Source: a virus (lineage: Duplodnaviria; Heunggongvirae; Uroviricota; Caudoviricetes). From it: 52,997 bases of DNA. Shown here in pieces: positions 8,696-17,436 of the stretch. How positions within the stretch are numbered: position 1 is the stretch's first letter; every line of letters starts with the position of its first letter. The translations under genes were made by a program, and so were the position numbers. The stretch is taken from the IMG/VR virus record IMGVR_UViG_2585427779_000013, positions 1-52,997 of that record; one strand, written 5' to 3'. The notes beneath the pieces were generated by a model. It was not told the origin of the DNA. It ran no database searches and saw only the letters and a list, made by a program, of their open reading frames with translations.

Positions 8696-9226
8696 ATGTC
8701 TTATTCAAAACATGGAATGACGCACACAAAACTTTATGAAGTTTTTAAAGGAATGAAAACGAGATGCAGGAAAACCGATAAGAATCCACGAAATAAACAC
8801 TATAAGGATAAGAATATAACTATATGTGATGAATGGTTGAATGATTCATCAAAGTTTATTGAGTGGGCTTTCAATAACGGTTATCAGGAAGGGTTAGAGA
8901 TAGACAGAATTGATAACGACAAAGGTTATTCACCGGATAATTGCCGATGGGTTACACATGCTGAAAACATGCGCAATACATGTAGAACTACGATGTTAAC
9001 AGTGAGCGGGGAAACTAACACAATACATTATTTTTCCGAAAAATACGGTATATGTGAACGCACCATATATACAAGATTACGTCGCGGCTGGAGTCATGAG
9101 GCCGCTGTACTTCTTCCTTTAAGAAAGGGGAAACGATGTGAAGAAAGATTTATACAAAAAATTGTGGCTAATTCAGCAACAATTAAAAGCGCCAAAATCT
9201 CAGCGCAATTCATACGGTGGATATAA
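8696..9226 (+). CDS. HNH homing endonuclease
   Basis: 176 aa; pattern FKGMKTRC...ICDEW...IDRIDNDKGYSPDNCRWVTHAENMRN typical of phage HNH endonucleases; 3' end overlaps erf by 89 nt. Confidence 0.65.
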   Translation: MSYSKHGMTHTKLYEVFKGMKTRCRKTDKNPRNKHYKDKNITICDEWLNDSSKFIEWAFNNGYQEGLEIDRIDNDKGYSPDNCRWVTHAENMRNTCRTTMLTVSGETNTIHYFSEKYGICERTIYTRLRRGWSHEAAVLLPLRKGKRCEERFIQKIVANSATIKSAKISAQFIRWI

Positions 9227-9779
9227 TTACAGATCGGCGGAGGATATTTTAGAGGCTGTTAAGCCTTTATTGGAAGGCATTACGTTAACGCTTAATGATG
9301 AAGTGGTGTTAATTGGTGATCGTTATTACATTAAAGCAACAGCGATATTGAGCGATGGTGAAGATGAAATAACGGCTACTGCTTTCGCCCGCGAGGAAAA
9401 AGAACAAAAAGGCATGTCGTCTGGTCAGTTAACTGGCGCGACTTCTTCTTATGCTCGCAAATATTGTTTAAACGGCTTGTTCTGTATCGACGACGCAAAA
9501 GATCTGGATAGCGACGCTTACGCGAAGCAGACAGGCCAGCAGCCGCGACAACAGAAAAACCCACCAAAACAACAACCGCAGCAGAAGAAAGCGCCGCCAA
9601 ATCCTGATGAAGTATTAGCACGTTTCTGTGATGCAGCAGCGAAAGCGCAGGACGCTAACAAGCTGCGTGAAATATTTGGCAAATGCTGGAAATTACTACC
9701 GGAAGGATCGGAGCATCGAATCAAGGCAAAAGATGTTTATGACATCCGGGTAGCAGAGCTTAACGGGGAGATGGGTTAA
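9138..9779 (+). CDS. erf: Erf-family single-strand annealing recombinase
   Basis: GTG start with GGGG RBS; N-terminal region closely resembles P22 Erf (…YRSAEDILEAVKPLL…IGDRYYIKATA…TGATSSYARKYCLNGLF) by recall. Confidence 0.85.
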   Translation: MKKDLYKKLWLIQQQLKAPKSQRNSYGGYNYRSAEDILEAVKPLLEGITLTLNDEVVLIGDRYYIKATAILSDGEDEITATAFAREEKEQKGMSSGQLTGATSSYARKYCLNGLFCIDDAKDLDSDAYAKQTGQQPRQQKNPPKQQPQQKKAPPNPDEVLARFCDAAAKAQDANKLREIFGKCWKLLPEGSEHRIKAKDVYDIRVAELNGEMG

Positions 9780-10183
9780 TGAGTTTAAATTCAATCACGC
9801 TGGGCGGGAATATCGGTAATGATATGGAGGTTCGCTACACACAAAACGGGAAAGCGATTGGTAGTTTTCCGTTAGCTGTAACGAATGGCTACGGCGATAA
9901 TAAGCGGACAATGTGGGTCACTTGCCTGGTATTTGGTGAGCGTGCGGAAAAATTAGCGCCACATATCCGCAAGGGTGGAAAAATAGTGGTAAGCGGTCGC
10001 CTAGATGTTCGGCAATATGACCGGAACGACGGCACGAAGGGAACTGCGGTAGAAGTGGCGGTCAATGAGTTTGAGTTCATGGCTGTTAACCAGCAAGGCC
10101 AGCAGCAGAAAGCGCCGCCGCAGCAGCAGAATAATAACGGGAATAATGTTCCTCCTGACTTCGATGACGACATCCCGTTTTAA
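9779..10183 (+). CDS. ssb: single-stranded DNA-binding protein
   Basis: 134 aa; OB-fold SSB pattern, Gln/Pro-rich linker and acidic C-terminal tail DFDDDIPF. Confidence 0.9.
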   Translation: MSLNSITLGGNIGNDMEVRYTQNGKAIGSFPLAVTNGYGDNKRTMWVTCLVFGERAEKLAPHIRKGGKIVVSGRLDVRQYDRNDGTKGTAVEVAVNEFEFMAVNQQGQQQKAPPQQQNNNGNNVPPDFDDDIPF

Positions 10184-10198
10184 ATCAATAGGTTAGCG

Positions 10199-10477
10199 AT
10201 GGGTGATTATTTAAAACCGCCACCGCCACCGCGAACAAAAGAGCAAGTTCTAAGAGAAGCCCGTGATCAAATCGATCATGGGCTTTTTTTATGCGGAACG
10301 GCAGCGGAACGGATGGCAAAAAGATTTAGTGACCTGTACGCAAAACAAATATGGCTCGACAACTGGCAGGCAAGTTTTTATCCGCTGCAAAGAAAACCGG
10401 ATATGCACTGGCCTGAATATGTCGATCCACGTATGCGCAAATATCGCGGGCGTATGGGCCAGGTTATTAACGATTAA
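10199..10477 (+). CDS. hypothetical protein (92 aa)
   Basis: ORF in co-directional early cluster. Confidence 0.45.
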   Translation: MGDYLKPPPPPRTKEQVLREARDQIDHGLFLCGTAAERMAKRFSDLYAKQIWLDNWQASFYPLQRKPDMHWPEYVDPRMRKYRGRMGQVIND

Positions 10478-10491
10478 TGAGGTATTAAATC

Positions 10492-10716
10492 ATGATCGAA
10501 GATAAAGAAGTTGACGGAGAAATTCCTGACGGCGCTGATGAGCTTATCACTTTCGGCGGCGGGCTGTACGAGTTCGAAACGTCTGCGGGGTGGCACGATA
10601 AATGGCCTTTCCCTACTCGCCAGGAATTAAGTGACCGCAAAGCATTCGGCGAAGATGCAGAACGGCTGGCTAATAACAAATGGCTTGATAAGTTCATTGC
10701 GGAGGGTGGCAAATGA
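10492..10716 (+). CDS. hypothetical protein (74 aa)
   Basis: ORF in co-directional early cluster. Confidence 0.45.
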   Translation: MIEDKEVDGEIPDGADELITFGGGLYEFETSAGWHDKWPFPTRQELSDRKAFGEDAERLANNKWLDKFIAEGGK

Positions 10717-10826
10717 ATCTTGCAAAAATTGCCGCATTGCTTGCGGCTTTATCTATCGCCGTGCTGTATCTCAGCGTGTCGCTTTATATCACGGTAGCGA
10801 TCATTAAACTCATTACTAACATGTGA
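10713..10826 (+). CDS. small hydrophobic membrane peptide (37 aa)
   Basis: ATGA overlap with upstream stop; MNLAKIAALLAALSIAVLYLSVSLYITVAIIKLITNM single TM helix. Confidence 0.4.
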   Translation: MNLAKIAALLAALSIAVLYLSVSLYITVAIIKLITNM

Positions 10827-10834
10827 GGCCAATC

Positions 10835-10954
10835 ATGAAAGTCGGTAAGGACATTGTGACGGTCGCGTTTTGCATTATTTTCTTCCTTTTTGTTGTTGTG
10901 TTTTGTGGCGCATTTGCTGCGCTTGTTAGCTTTATTTTCAGAGGGTTGATGTAA
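10835..10954 (+). CDS. small hydrophobic membrane peptide (39 aa)
   Basis: MKVGKDIVTVAFCIIFFLFVVVFCGAFAALVSFIFRGLM; stop overlaps next start (TAATG). Confidence 0.4.
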   Translation: MKVGKDIVTVAFCIIFFLFVVVFCGAFAALVSFIFRGLM

Positions 10955-11223
10955 TGAAAACGTGGGATGCAAAGGCTGGTGATCTTGTCGTATTGCCTGA
11001 ATATCGTGATGACCCTGGCTTGGTTGTGCTGAATAAGGGGAGCTACGATCAGCGCCCGTTACTGGTTAAATATCTTGACGGAACAATAATAGAGCCGCGT
11101 TTCTTTGACAATATTGAACTGAAGGCCCGAAATGTTCGCGTTAAGCCGTTCCGGGCTTATGCTGAAAACCACTGGCGGAAATTGTTCGCCGGGCTGAATG
11201 GGATGTTCGGCGTATGGCTATAA
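10954..11223 (+). CDS. hypothetical protein (89 aa)
   Basis: ORF, coupled to neighbours. Confidence 0.45.
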   Translation: MKTWDAKAGDLVVLPEYRDDPGLVVLNKGSYDQRPLLVKYLDGTIIEPRFFDNIELKARNVRVKPFRAYAENHWRKLFAGLNGMFGVWL

Positions 11224-11405
11224 AAGAAGTAAAGGTTAAACACCTGAAAGGTGGGGAGCGCTTAAAGGCGTGGTGGGGCCGTGAATTTACAGCTACTGCT
11301 TTCAGATTCAGGCAAGGCGGAGAGGTCATTATATACGACGAAAACATGGATGAAGTTGGTAAATGGCATCTTGAGCAATACGTCGAGGTGTTAAATGAAA
11401 ATTAA
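11214..11405 (+). CDS. hypothetical protein (63 aa)
   Basis: ORF, overlaps neighbours by a few nt. Confidence 0.4.
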   Translation: MAIKEVKVKHLKGGERLKAWWGREFTATAFRFRQGGEVIIYDENMDEVGKWHLEQYVEVLNEN

Positions 11406-11727
11406 ATTCCATAAAGCATATGATAGCGAAACAAACAAGCTATCACTATTTATCGAATTCGAACGCCGGATCGTGGTTGTGCCCTGGGCGCGGCGCTTCA
11501 ATGACGCTGGCGGACGCAGACAATTCGCGGTTGATATGCTGTTACGCGGCTGCGGCCTTATGCGTCCGCTATCTGATTTAAAACGAATGATGCCGGGATC
11601 GTTCGGTCAGATTGATGAAATAGAAATAAGCCCGGAAGAACTGAAACGGGAGCGTGATTTATTCCTTTCAAGCGAAGGAAACCCGTTTAATTCAGAAACT
11701 GAAATGAAATGGCATCACCCACTATAA
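11395..11727 (+). CDS. hypothetical protein (110 aa)
   Basis: ORF in early cluster. Confidence 0.45.
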   Translation: MKIKFHKAYDSETNKLSLFIEFERRIVVVPWARRFNDAGGRRQFAVDMLLRGCGLMRPLSDLKRMMPGSFGQIDEIEISPEELKRERDLFLSSEGNPFNSETEMKWHHPL

Positions 11728-11740
11728 AAGGATAAATATC

Positions 11741-12361
11741 ATGAAAGACATCAAAACGGCTTATTCACTCGGCAGCGAAGGCATGTTAATCACTCGCTAC
11801 ACTGAAGACGCAAGTTTTCATGAAGTTGAAATTAAAGATTATCACGAAGTATTGAAAGATATGGAAGCTGGCAAGTATGACGCTGATTTGAATCTGGCGT
11901 TACAGATTGTTGATATTGTGATGGATGCGTCGATCCGCGATTATATGTCTTTAAATGCTGAAGAAAAAACTGCCGTAGCTCGTTATGTCTTCTGCCTTAC
12001 TTTCGTAAAACGAATGGAAGAGGAATATGGACGCGTACCAGTGCCGGAAGAGGTTGATCCGCTCGCGTTCGGAAGTGCTGTTATTTTCCCGTTGAACAAG
12101 GATCAGCTTGGTAGTGTTTCACTGCATTCTATGCGCGGCCTGATGAAAAACATCTTTGAAGTTAAGATGTTGCAGAAATGCATTGAGGAAGGCCACAAAG
12201 AAGAAGAAGTAAAAGCGTTTATGCCGCTGTTTTACGGTGAAATGGTTGGCAATGATATGCGCGCAAATGATTTCGGTGTGCAGGCGGCTATCGCTGTGCT
12301 TAATGATGCACGGAAAAACGCACAGCCGATGCCTGAACAGGAAAAACGTGTACTGCATTAA
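11741..12361 (+). CDS. hypothetical protein (206 aa)
   Basis: Long ORF with good coding continuity. Confidence 0.5.
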   Translation: MKDIKTAYSLGSEGMLITRYTEDASFHEVEIKDYHEVLKDMEAGKYDADLNLALQIVDIVMDASIRDYMSLNAEEKTAVARYVFCLTFVKRMEEEYGRVPVPEEVDPLAFGSAVIFPLNKDQLGSVSLHSMRGLMKNIFEVKMLQKCIEEGHKEEEVKAFMPLFYGEMVGNDMRANDFGVQAAIAVLNDARKNAQPMPEQEKRVLH

Positions 12362-12459
12362 CCGAGTGATTCCGATTACATAAATATACATTATGTATTG
12401 TGATCGCATATCCGTTTTGTAAGCCAAAATCAAAAGGTTTACGGTGCGGAGGAAGCAAA

Positions 12460-12678
12460 ATGGAACGCGAATTGATGCTTTATTGCGTAGAAGGTGGCGT
12501 AGGTCACGATGCCTACGTCGCTGGGAAAGGCTATCCAGCCGATGAAGTGCTTTCTAATATGCACTTCAGAGAAAATGAAAGCCAGGTGTCTGTGTGGAAA
12601 CGGTGCATTGATGGTATTGAGGTTGTAAGTATAGAACGGTATTTAGGCACGTTTGATTACGGTGTTATTGAGGCTTAA
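12460..12678 (+). CDS. hypothetical protein (72 aa)
   Basis: ATG at 12460 with GGAGGAAG RBS; track ORF 12400 starts earlier without RBS. Confidence 0.45.
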   Translation: MERELMLYCVEGGVGHDAYVAGKGYPADEVLSNMHFRENESQVSVWKRCIDGIEVVSIERYLGTFDYGVIEA

Positions 12679-12776
12679 TTATGGACGATACATTGTTTTA
12701 TATGTGCTGTTGCTGGGGTTTTATTGCCTTATGCCTGTTTATCAGGTGGTTTATTGAATACCATATGAGGTGATCT

Positions 12777-12968
12777 ATGAAAAAGGTTGGCGAATACATG
12801 ATACCGGATAACGCTAAATTAGCCGGAATCGGTCAATTTGGTTGTTATTACTATAACTGCGTTGGTGATATTTATCAGGTCAGTATTGTTGGTGGTGTAC
12901 AGCATTTTCGTCTTATGCACTTTGAATTGAGCGCACTTAAAAAGGCGGTGTTAATGTATGAAGTTTAA
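12777..12968 (+). CDS. hypothetical protein (63 aa)
   Basis: GAGGTGA RBS upstream of ATG. Confidence 0.45.
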   Translation: MKKVGEYMIPDNAKLAGIGQFGCYYYNCVGDIYQVSIVGGVQHFRLMHFELSALKKAVLMYEV

Positions 12969-13161
12969 ACACTATAGGGAATGGAAGATTCCAGAATCAG
13001 CAACAAAGGCAGCGCCCGGAAATGTTTCCGGCGTTTATTTTTATATGGAAGGTAAATGGTATTTCGGCAGCAGGCCGGATCACTATTATCAGGAAATGTG
13101 TGATTCTCATGTACTTGATATAAAATTTCGCGTGCAAGGCGGTGTGATTGAGGACGTTTAG
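12958..13161 (+). CDS. hypothetical protein (67 aa)
   Basis: ORF overlapping neighbours. Confidence 0.4.
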   Translation: MKFKHYREWKIPESATKAAPGNVSGVYFYMEGKWYFGSRPDHYYQEMCDSHVLDIKFRVQGGVIEDV

Positions 13162-13162
13162 A

Positions 13163-13390
13163 ATGATGCGTGCACTTATTGACTTCATTATGGGCTGGCT
13201 ATTTTGTTCTTTTTTTGTATTCTCATGCATAGCTACGGTTCTTATTGGAATTTTATGCGGTGTGTCTTTTGTTACATGGGAACTACCAGAAATGCCATCA
13301 CCTGATGATGCGCTTTATATGTTAAGGATCATTATTGCTGTTAGTGTATTTGTTGGGTTCTTTTTCGCTGATTCTACTGATTATTTATGA
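13163..13390 (+). CDS. small membrane protein (75 aa)
   Basis: ATG 13163 with GAGGA RBS; two predicted TM helices. Confidence 0.45.
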   Translation: MMRALIDFIMGWLFCSFFVFSCIATVLIGILCGVSFVTWELPEMPSPDDALYMLRIIIAVSVFVGFFFADSTDYL

Positions 13391-13391
13391 A

Positions 13392-13625
13392 ATGGCTTTA
13401 TTTAACCTGTCAGAGCCGCAATTTAACGCCGTAAAAGCTGCCGCCCGCGCAGCGCTTTCTGCCTGCAAAGCGGAGGTGGAGAAAAACGGCTACAGCGATA
13501 AAGCTACGCGGCTGATATTAGAGAAGCATTATCGCAAGGTCGCCCCACTAATCAGTATTGAGCGCTTTGTGTGGTTGGTGGGGTATTTAAACAACCGTTG
13601 GGGAACGGAACAGGATTATTTCTAA
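13392..13625 (+). CDS. hypothetical protein (77 aa)
   Basis: ATG immediately after upstream stop; start uncertain (alternative 13335). Confidence 0.35.
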   Translation: MALFNLSEPQFNAVKAAARAALSACKAEVEKNGYSDKATRLILEKHYRKVAPLISIERFVWLVGYLNNRWGTEQDYF

Positions 13626-13634
13626 GGGGGCGTA

Positions 13635-14174
13635 ATGAAAAATGATTACGGCGGCAGCTATACGCCGAAAGAAATAAAAGACTTATGGCAAACGCCAAAA
13701 CCTGTTTTTAGAGGAATGGATCGTGAATTCGAATTCGTCGCGGATGTGGCGGCAAACAAGGCAAACGCATTAATCCCGCGATATATAACCGAAGAAATGG
13801 ACACGCTCCATTATCCGTGGGGAGCGGTGGCAATGCCTGGTGAGTATGTCTGGCTTAATCCACCATATTCTAATCCGGGGCCATTCGTTGATAAAGCGGC
13901 GCTTGAACACAGCCGAAACCATATCGGATGCGTAATGTTATTGCCCGCTGATATTTCTGTTAACTGGTTTATGAACGGCGTGGAGACGGCAAACGAATGC
14001 CGATTAATTACGCGCGGGCGGCTGGCGTTTATCAATGCTGCGACGGGTAAACCAGCAAGCGGAAACAATAAAGGGAGTTTGTTCTTGATCTGGCATCCAC
14101 GATGCAGACATGAATGTATTTTCACGCAGATAACACGTAAAGAGCTATATGCAAGAGGTGCAGAAAATGAGTAA
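13635..14174 (+). CDS. phage DNA N6-adenine methyltransferase (Dam-like)
   Basis: 179 aa; catalytic NPPY motif (VWLNPPYSN) and overall resemblance to small phage Dam family by recall. Confidence 0.7.
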   Translation: MKNDYGGSYTPKEIKDLWQTPKPVFRGMDREFEFVADVAANKANALIPRYITEEMDTLHYPWGAVAMPGEYVWLNPPYSNPGPFVDKAALEHSRNHIGCVMLLPADISVNWFMNGVETANECRLITRGRLAFINAATGKPASGNNKGSLFLIWHPRCRHECIFTQITRKELYARGAENE

Positions 14175-14658
14175 AGCGGCTGAATTGCTAAGACTTGCGG
14201 CTGAAACTATTGAGGCAAGAGGGGAACAAAACGGATACGATCGAAAAGAAGAAAAATCAGCGCCAAAAATAGCCACTATTTACAACGCTAAGAAGGGGAC
14301 AAATCTAACCCCGCTTGATGTATGGGATCTACTAATTTGTCTCAAGGAGGGGCGATTAGAGGCCATTTTAAGCAATGGTAGCGACCCGCTCGACACTCTT
14401 ATAGACCTTATTGCTTATAACGCGCTAAAAGCGGAGCAAATATTAACGGAGCGGGAGGAAGAACAAAGAAAGAAACAGGCTGTTTTTGATATGCCGTTAA
14501 ATTGCGGCTGTAAGAATGTCACTATATCCGGCGGCACGATCGCCGCCAGCGGGATAACGCTAAATGGTAGCCTTTCAAATAGGATTGATGTGAAGTTCGA
14601 TAACGAATCACTACTACGCGCGGCGGGGTATCATAAAAATGGAAAGGGTGACAATTGA
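14167..14658 (+). CDS. hypothetical protein (163 aa)
   Basis: ATG 14167 with AGAGGTG RBS; overlaps Dam gene end by 8 nt. Confidence 0.45.
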   Translation: MSKAAELLRLAAETIEARGEQNGYDRKEEKSAPKIATIYNAKKGTNLTPLDVWDLLICLKEGRLEAILSNGSDPLDTLIDLIAYNALKAEQILTEREEEQRKKQAVFDMPLNCGCKNVTISGGTIAASGITLNGSLSNRIDVKFDNESLLRAAGYHKNGKGDN

Positions 14659-15142
14659 CAGGTTATTGGCCTGCGTTTATGTCGCCGTTTTCGTGATCAT
14701 CAACCTTATTGTTAACCATTGCGGCCCGTGGGTGATTCCGATCACTACGGTAGCCGCTGTGTGTGTCAATATGATGATCCGCGACTTCCTGTTATATGAC
14801 GGCGGCCTGAAATGGTCGGCTACAACATGCGCCGCCGCTGGCGCAATCACTGTGCTGATAAATTACGACGCCGGAATGGTGGCGATCGCGTCATTCGTTG
14901 CTGTTGTTTCCGGTGCGCTTATTTCTGGCGGCGTTTACCGGGTTTTGCCTGGTGATTTTGATTCGAAACGCTGGCCTGCCAATATAGCGTCAGCCATTGG
15001 CGATGCGTTGATTTTTCCTACGCTATCGTTCATGGCGTTTATGCCGGAAATATCAGCGATGCAATTCATCTCAAAAATGGCAGCGGTAACGGTGATCACT
15101 ATCATCATGCGCCGCTATTTCACGTTTGAGGGCAGAAAATGA
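14639..15142 (+). CDS. polytopic membrane protein (167 aa), possibly transporter-like
   Basis: About 5 hydrophobic helices; sits between the two methyltransferase genes; family not recognised. Confidence 0.45.
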   Translation: MERVTIDRLLACVYVAVFVIINLIVNHCGPWVIPITTVAAVCVNMMIRDFLLYDGGLKWSATTCAAAGAITVLINYDAGMVAIASFVAVVSGALISGGVYRVLPGDFDSKRWPANIASAIGDALIFPTLSFMAFMPEISAMQFISKMAAVTVITIIMRRYFTFEGRK

Positions 15143-15897
15143 GCAGGGCTAAACATTGGTTAAATAATTGGCTTAGAAGTTGGGTGGTATGGTCGCTGTA
15201 CGACGGCAGCGGGTACGCCGTTAAAGACTGGGCGGAAGCAGGATATAAGTGCTATTGCTTCAACTATGACGGCGCAAATCACGGCGATTATGAAGGCGTT
15301 AAAATCATTCATCCAAATATTGAATACGTTAACGTATGGATTGACAGCCATTTCCTGGTGATGTTCTCCCCTGAATTGTCTGTTTATCCAGAGCCTGACA
15401 TTATCTTGGGCTTTCCGCCGTGCGATGATCTCGCTGTGTCTGGCGCTCGCTGGTTCGCTGATAAACGGAGAAAAGATCCTGACTTCCAGGTGAAGGCTGC
15501 GCATAATGCAAAACTGGTAGAAAAACTGGCGAATATGCATAACGTGCCGTGGATGGTGGAAAATCCGGTGGGCGCACTGTCAACGTTATGGCGTAAACCG
15601 GATTTTATCTTCAATCCTTGCGCTTACGGTGGCTACCTGCCGGAAGATGACAAACATCCTGCTTTCCCGGATGTTTACCCGGCGCGCGACGCGTATACAA
15701 AGAAAACTTGTATTTGGTGCGGTAACGGATTTAAGCAGCCGCTTTTCAGACCTGTAGATCTTAACTCTGGTGATAACCCGGGGTGGGCGAAAACAGGAGG
15801 CAGGACGAAACGAACAAAGATGATCCGCTCACTAACGCCGCGCGGCTTTGCCCGTGCTGTATTCCTGGCTAACCATGACCGCGTTTTACCGGACTGA
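15139..15897 (+). CDS. putative DNA cytosine-C5 methyltransferase-like protein
   Basis: 252 aa; PC motif (GFPPCDDLAVSG) and ENV-like motif (MVENPVGAL); divergent from canonical motifs, so assignment is tentative. Confidence 0.5.
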   Translation: MSRAKHWLNNWLRSWVVWSLYDGSGYAVKDWAEAGYKCYCFNYDGANHGDYEGVKIIHPNIEYVNVWIDSHFLVMFSPELSVYPEPDIILGFPPCDDLAVSGARWFADKRRKDPDFQVKAAHNAKLVEKLANMHNVPWMVENPVGALSTLWRKPDFIFNPCAYGGYLPEDDKHPAFPDVYPARDAYTKKTCIWCGNGFKQPLFRPVDLNSGDNPGWAKTGGRTKRTKMIRSLTPRGFARAVFLANHDRVLPD

Positions 15898-16056
15898 AGT
15901 TTACAAAATGGCGTCATTGCGTGATATGGATCACATAATGGCGCTTTTCGCCTTGTTCTGGTGTATCCATTTTGTATACTTCAAGCAAACAAAATGCTCT
16001 TTAAAAATCCGGCAGCGCTGAAATGCGTAGAAATCACCTGAAAAGGAGAGAGCATT

Positions 16057-16233
16057 ATGTCTTTTGATAATTACCAATGGCATGACGACTATGAACGAGA
16101 AAGCGTTATGCGTGCAATGTGCAATGTATGCAGCACGAAGAAAGGAGGCTGTAACGAGTGCAACGAATGCTTAGAACATTGGCTAAGGGCTGGACACGCC
16201 GAAAGGCTGAACGAAACAGAGAATCAAAAATAA
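16057..16233 (+). CDS. small Cys-rich protein (58 aa)
   Basis: AAGGAGAG RBS then ATG; MSFDNYQWHDDYERESVMRAMCNVCSTKKGGCNECNECLEHW; not in ORF track. Confidence 0.4.
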   Translation: MSFDNYQWHDDYERESVMRAMCNVCSTKKGGCNECNECLEHWLRAGHAERLNETENQK

Positions 16234-16247
16234 TCGGGGTGGTTTTT

Positions 16248-16853
16248 ATGCAAAACCCTAAAAAACCCATAAGACGCCGTTGCAAATGCTGCGGCGTTTT
16301 TTTTGAGCCTAAATATCACAATCAAACGTGGTGCAGCGATGAATGTCTGGAAGAACTGAAGTTTGACCAGCTATGCCGCGACCGTGAGAAGGCTATGAAG
16401 GCTATGGAGCGGAAGAAACGCCGTGATAGCCAGAGGGAAGAACGCAACCGGAAGCGTAAACAGTTAAATCCGCGTAGTTATTGGATCAAGCAAGTTCAAA
16501 ACGTATTTAACGCATATATTCGCGAACGTGATGCGCGGTTGCCGTGTATATCCTGCGGGACTTACTACGGTGAGCAATGCGGGTGGGATGCGGGCCATTA
16601 CAGGACGGTTGCCGCCGCAGGACACCTTCGCTTTAACGAGGATAATTGCCATAAACAATGCAGGCACTGCAACCAGACATTAGACGGAAACATAGGAGGG
16701 TATCGCCCGGCACTGATTCGAAAAATTGGCCTCGCCAGGGTGGTAGCGCTGGAAAACAACAATGATACGCATAAATGGACGATCGCAGAATGTAAGGAGC
16801 TAATAAACATCTATCAGGCTAAATTGGACGCTTTAAGGAGAAAGGCGGCATGA
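16248..16853 (+). CDS. ninG: NinG/Rap-family recombination protein
   Basis: Conserved Cys pattern and strong similarity to lambda NinG (RRRC…PRSYWIKQ…LPCISCGT…WDAGHYR…LRFNE…HKQC) by recall; start set at ATG 16248 (track ORF begins upstream). Confidence 0.8.
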   Translation: MQNPKKPIRRRCKCCGVFFEPKYHNQTWCSDECLEELKFDQLCRDREKAMKAMERKKRRDSQREERNRKRKQLNPRSYWIKQVQNVFNAYIRERDARLPCISCGTYYGEQCGWDAGHYRTVAAAGHLRFNEDNCHKQCRHCNQTLDGNIGGYRPALIRKIGLARVVALENNNDTHKWTIAECKELINIYQAKLDALRRKAA

Positions 16854-17257
16854 ATGAATATTCTTTTAGTCTGCCTTACCCGCCGTCGAATAACCGCTAT
16901 TACCGACATTCACGCGGTTTTCACTATATCAGCAAGGTTGGAAAAGAATACAGGGAACAGGTAAGAGACATCATCGAGCTATTAAATTTAAATATTAACC
17001 TACCTTGCCGACTGGCAATTGCAATTTACGCCGCGCCGCCGGATAACCGGATCAGAGATCTGGACAATATCCCTAAATGCCTTTTTGACAGCCTTACTTA
17101 TGCCGGATTCTGGAAGGATGACGGGCAAATCGACTCAATAAAAATTGTTCGCTGCCGGAAGGTAAAAGGCGGACGCTTGTTTATTAAGATCCGCGAACGC
17201 GGCGACCTACTACCGGATATTGACGAATACGCGACTAATATGTGGGGTGAGCAATGA
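16850..17257 (+). CDS. rusA: RusA Holliday junction resolvase
   Basis: 135 aa; SLPYPPSNNRYYRH…RDLDN…GGRL pattern matches E. coli RusA by recall. Confidence 0.85.
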   Translation: MNEYSFSLPYPPSNNRYYRHSRGFHYISKVGKEYREQVRDIIELLNLNINLPCRLAIAIYAAPPDNRIRDLDNIPKCLFDSLTYAGFWKDDGQIDSIKIVRCRKVKGGRLFIKIRERGDLLPDIDEYATNMWGEQ

Positions 17258-17436
17258 AAAACGAAGTTAAAGATCTGCAAATAGATATTCAGCGCGACGA
17301 GCGTGATTTAGAGACGGTCCGACAAATCCAGGCTTTCCACATGCGCGAATTACTTGCGCTGAAAGAGTTCGAAAGAAAGCTGGTGCAATCCATTTCTGAT
17401 CGTAAACGGCTGGCGGCACGTTATGAGGGCAAATAA
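17254..17436 (+). CDS. hypothetical coiled-coil protein (60 aa)
   Basis: ATGA-coupled ORF between rusA and Q-like gene. Confidence 0.4.
   Translation: MKNEVKDLQIDIQRDERDLETVRQIQAFHMRELLALKEFERKLVQSISDRKRLAARYEGK

Noticed and set aside
9376-9724. Two minus-strand ORFs (81 and 68 aa) antisense to erf
   Set aside because: Antisense to a confidently identified gene; low-complexity Cys/Phe/Gly-rich translations typical of spurious frames.
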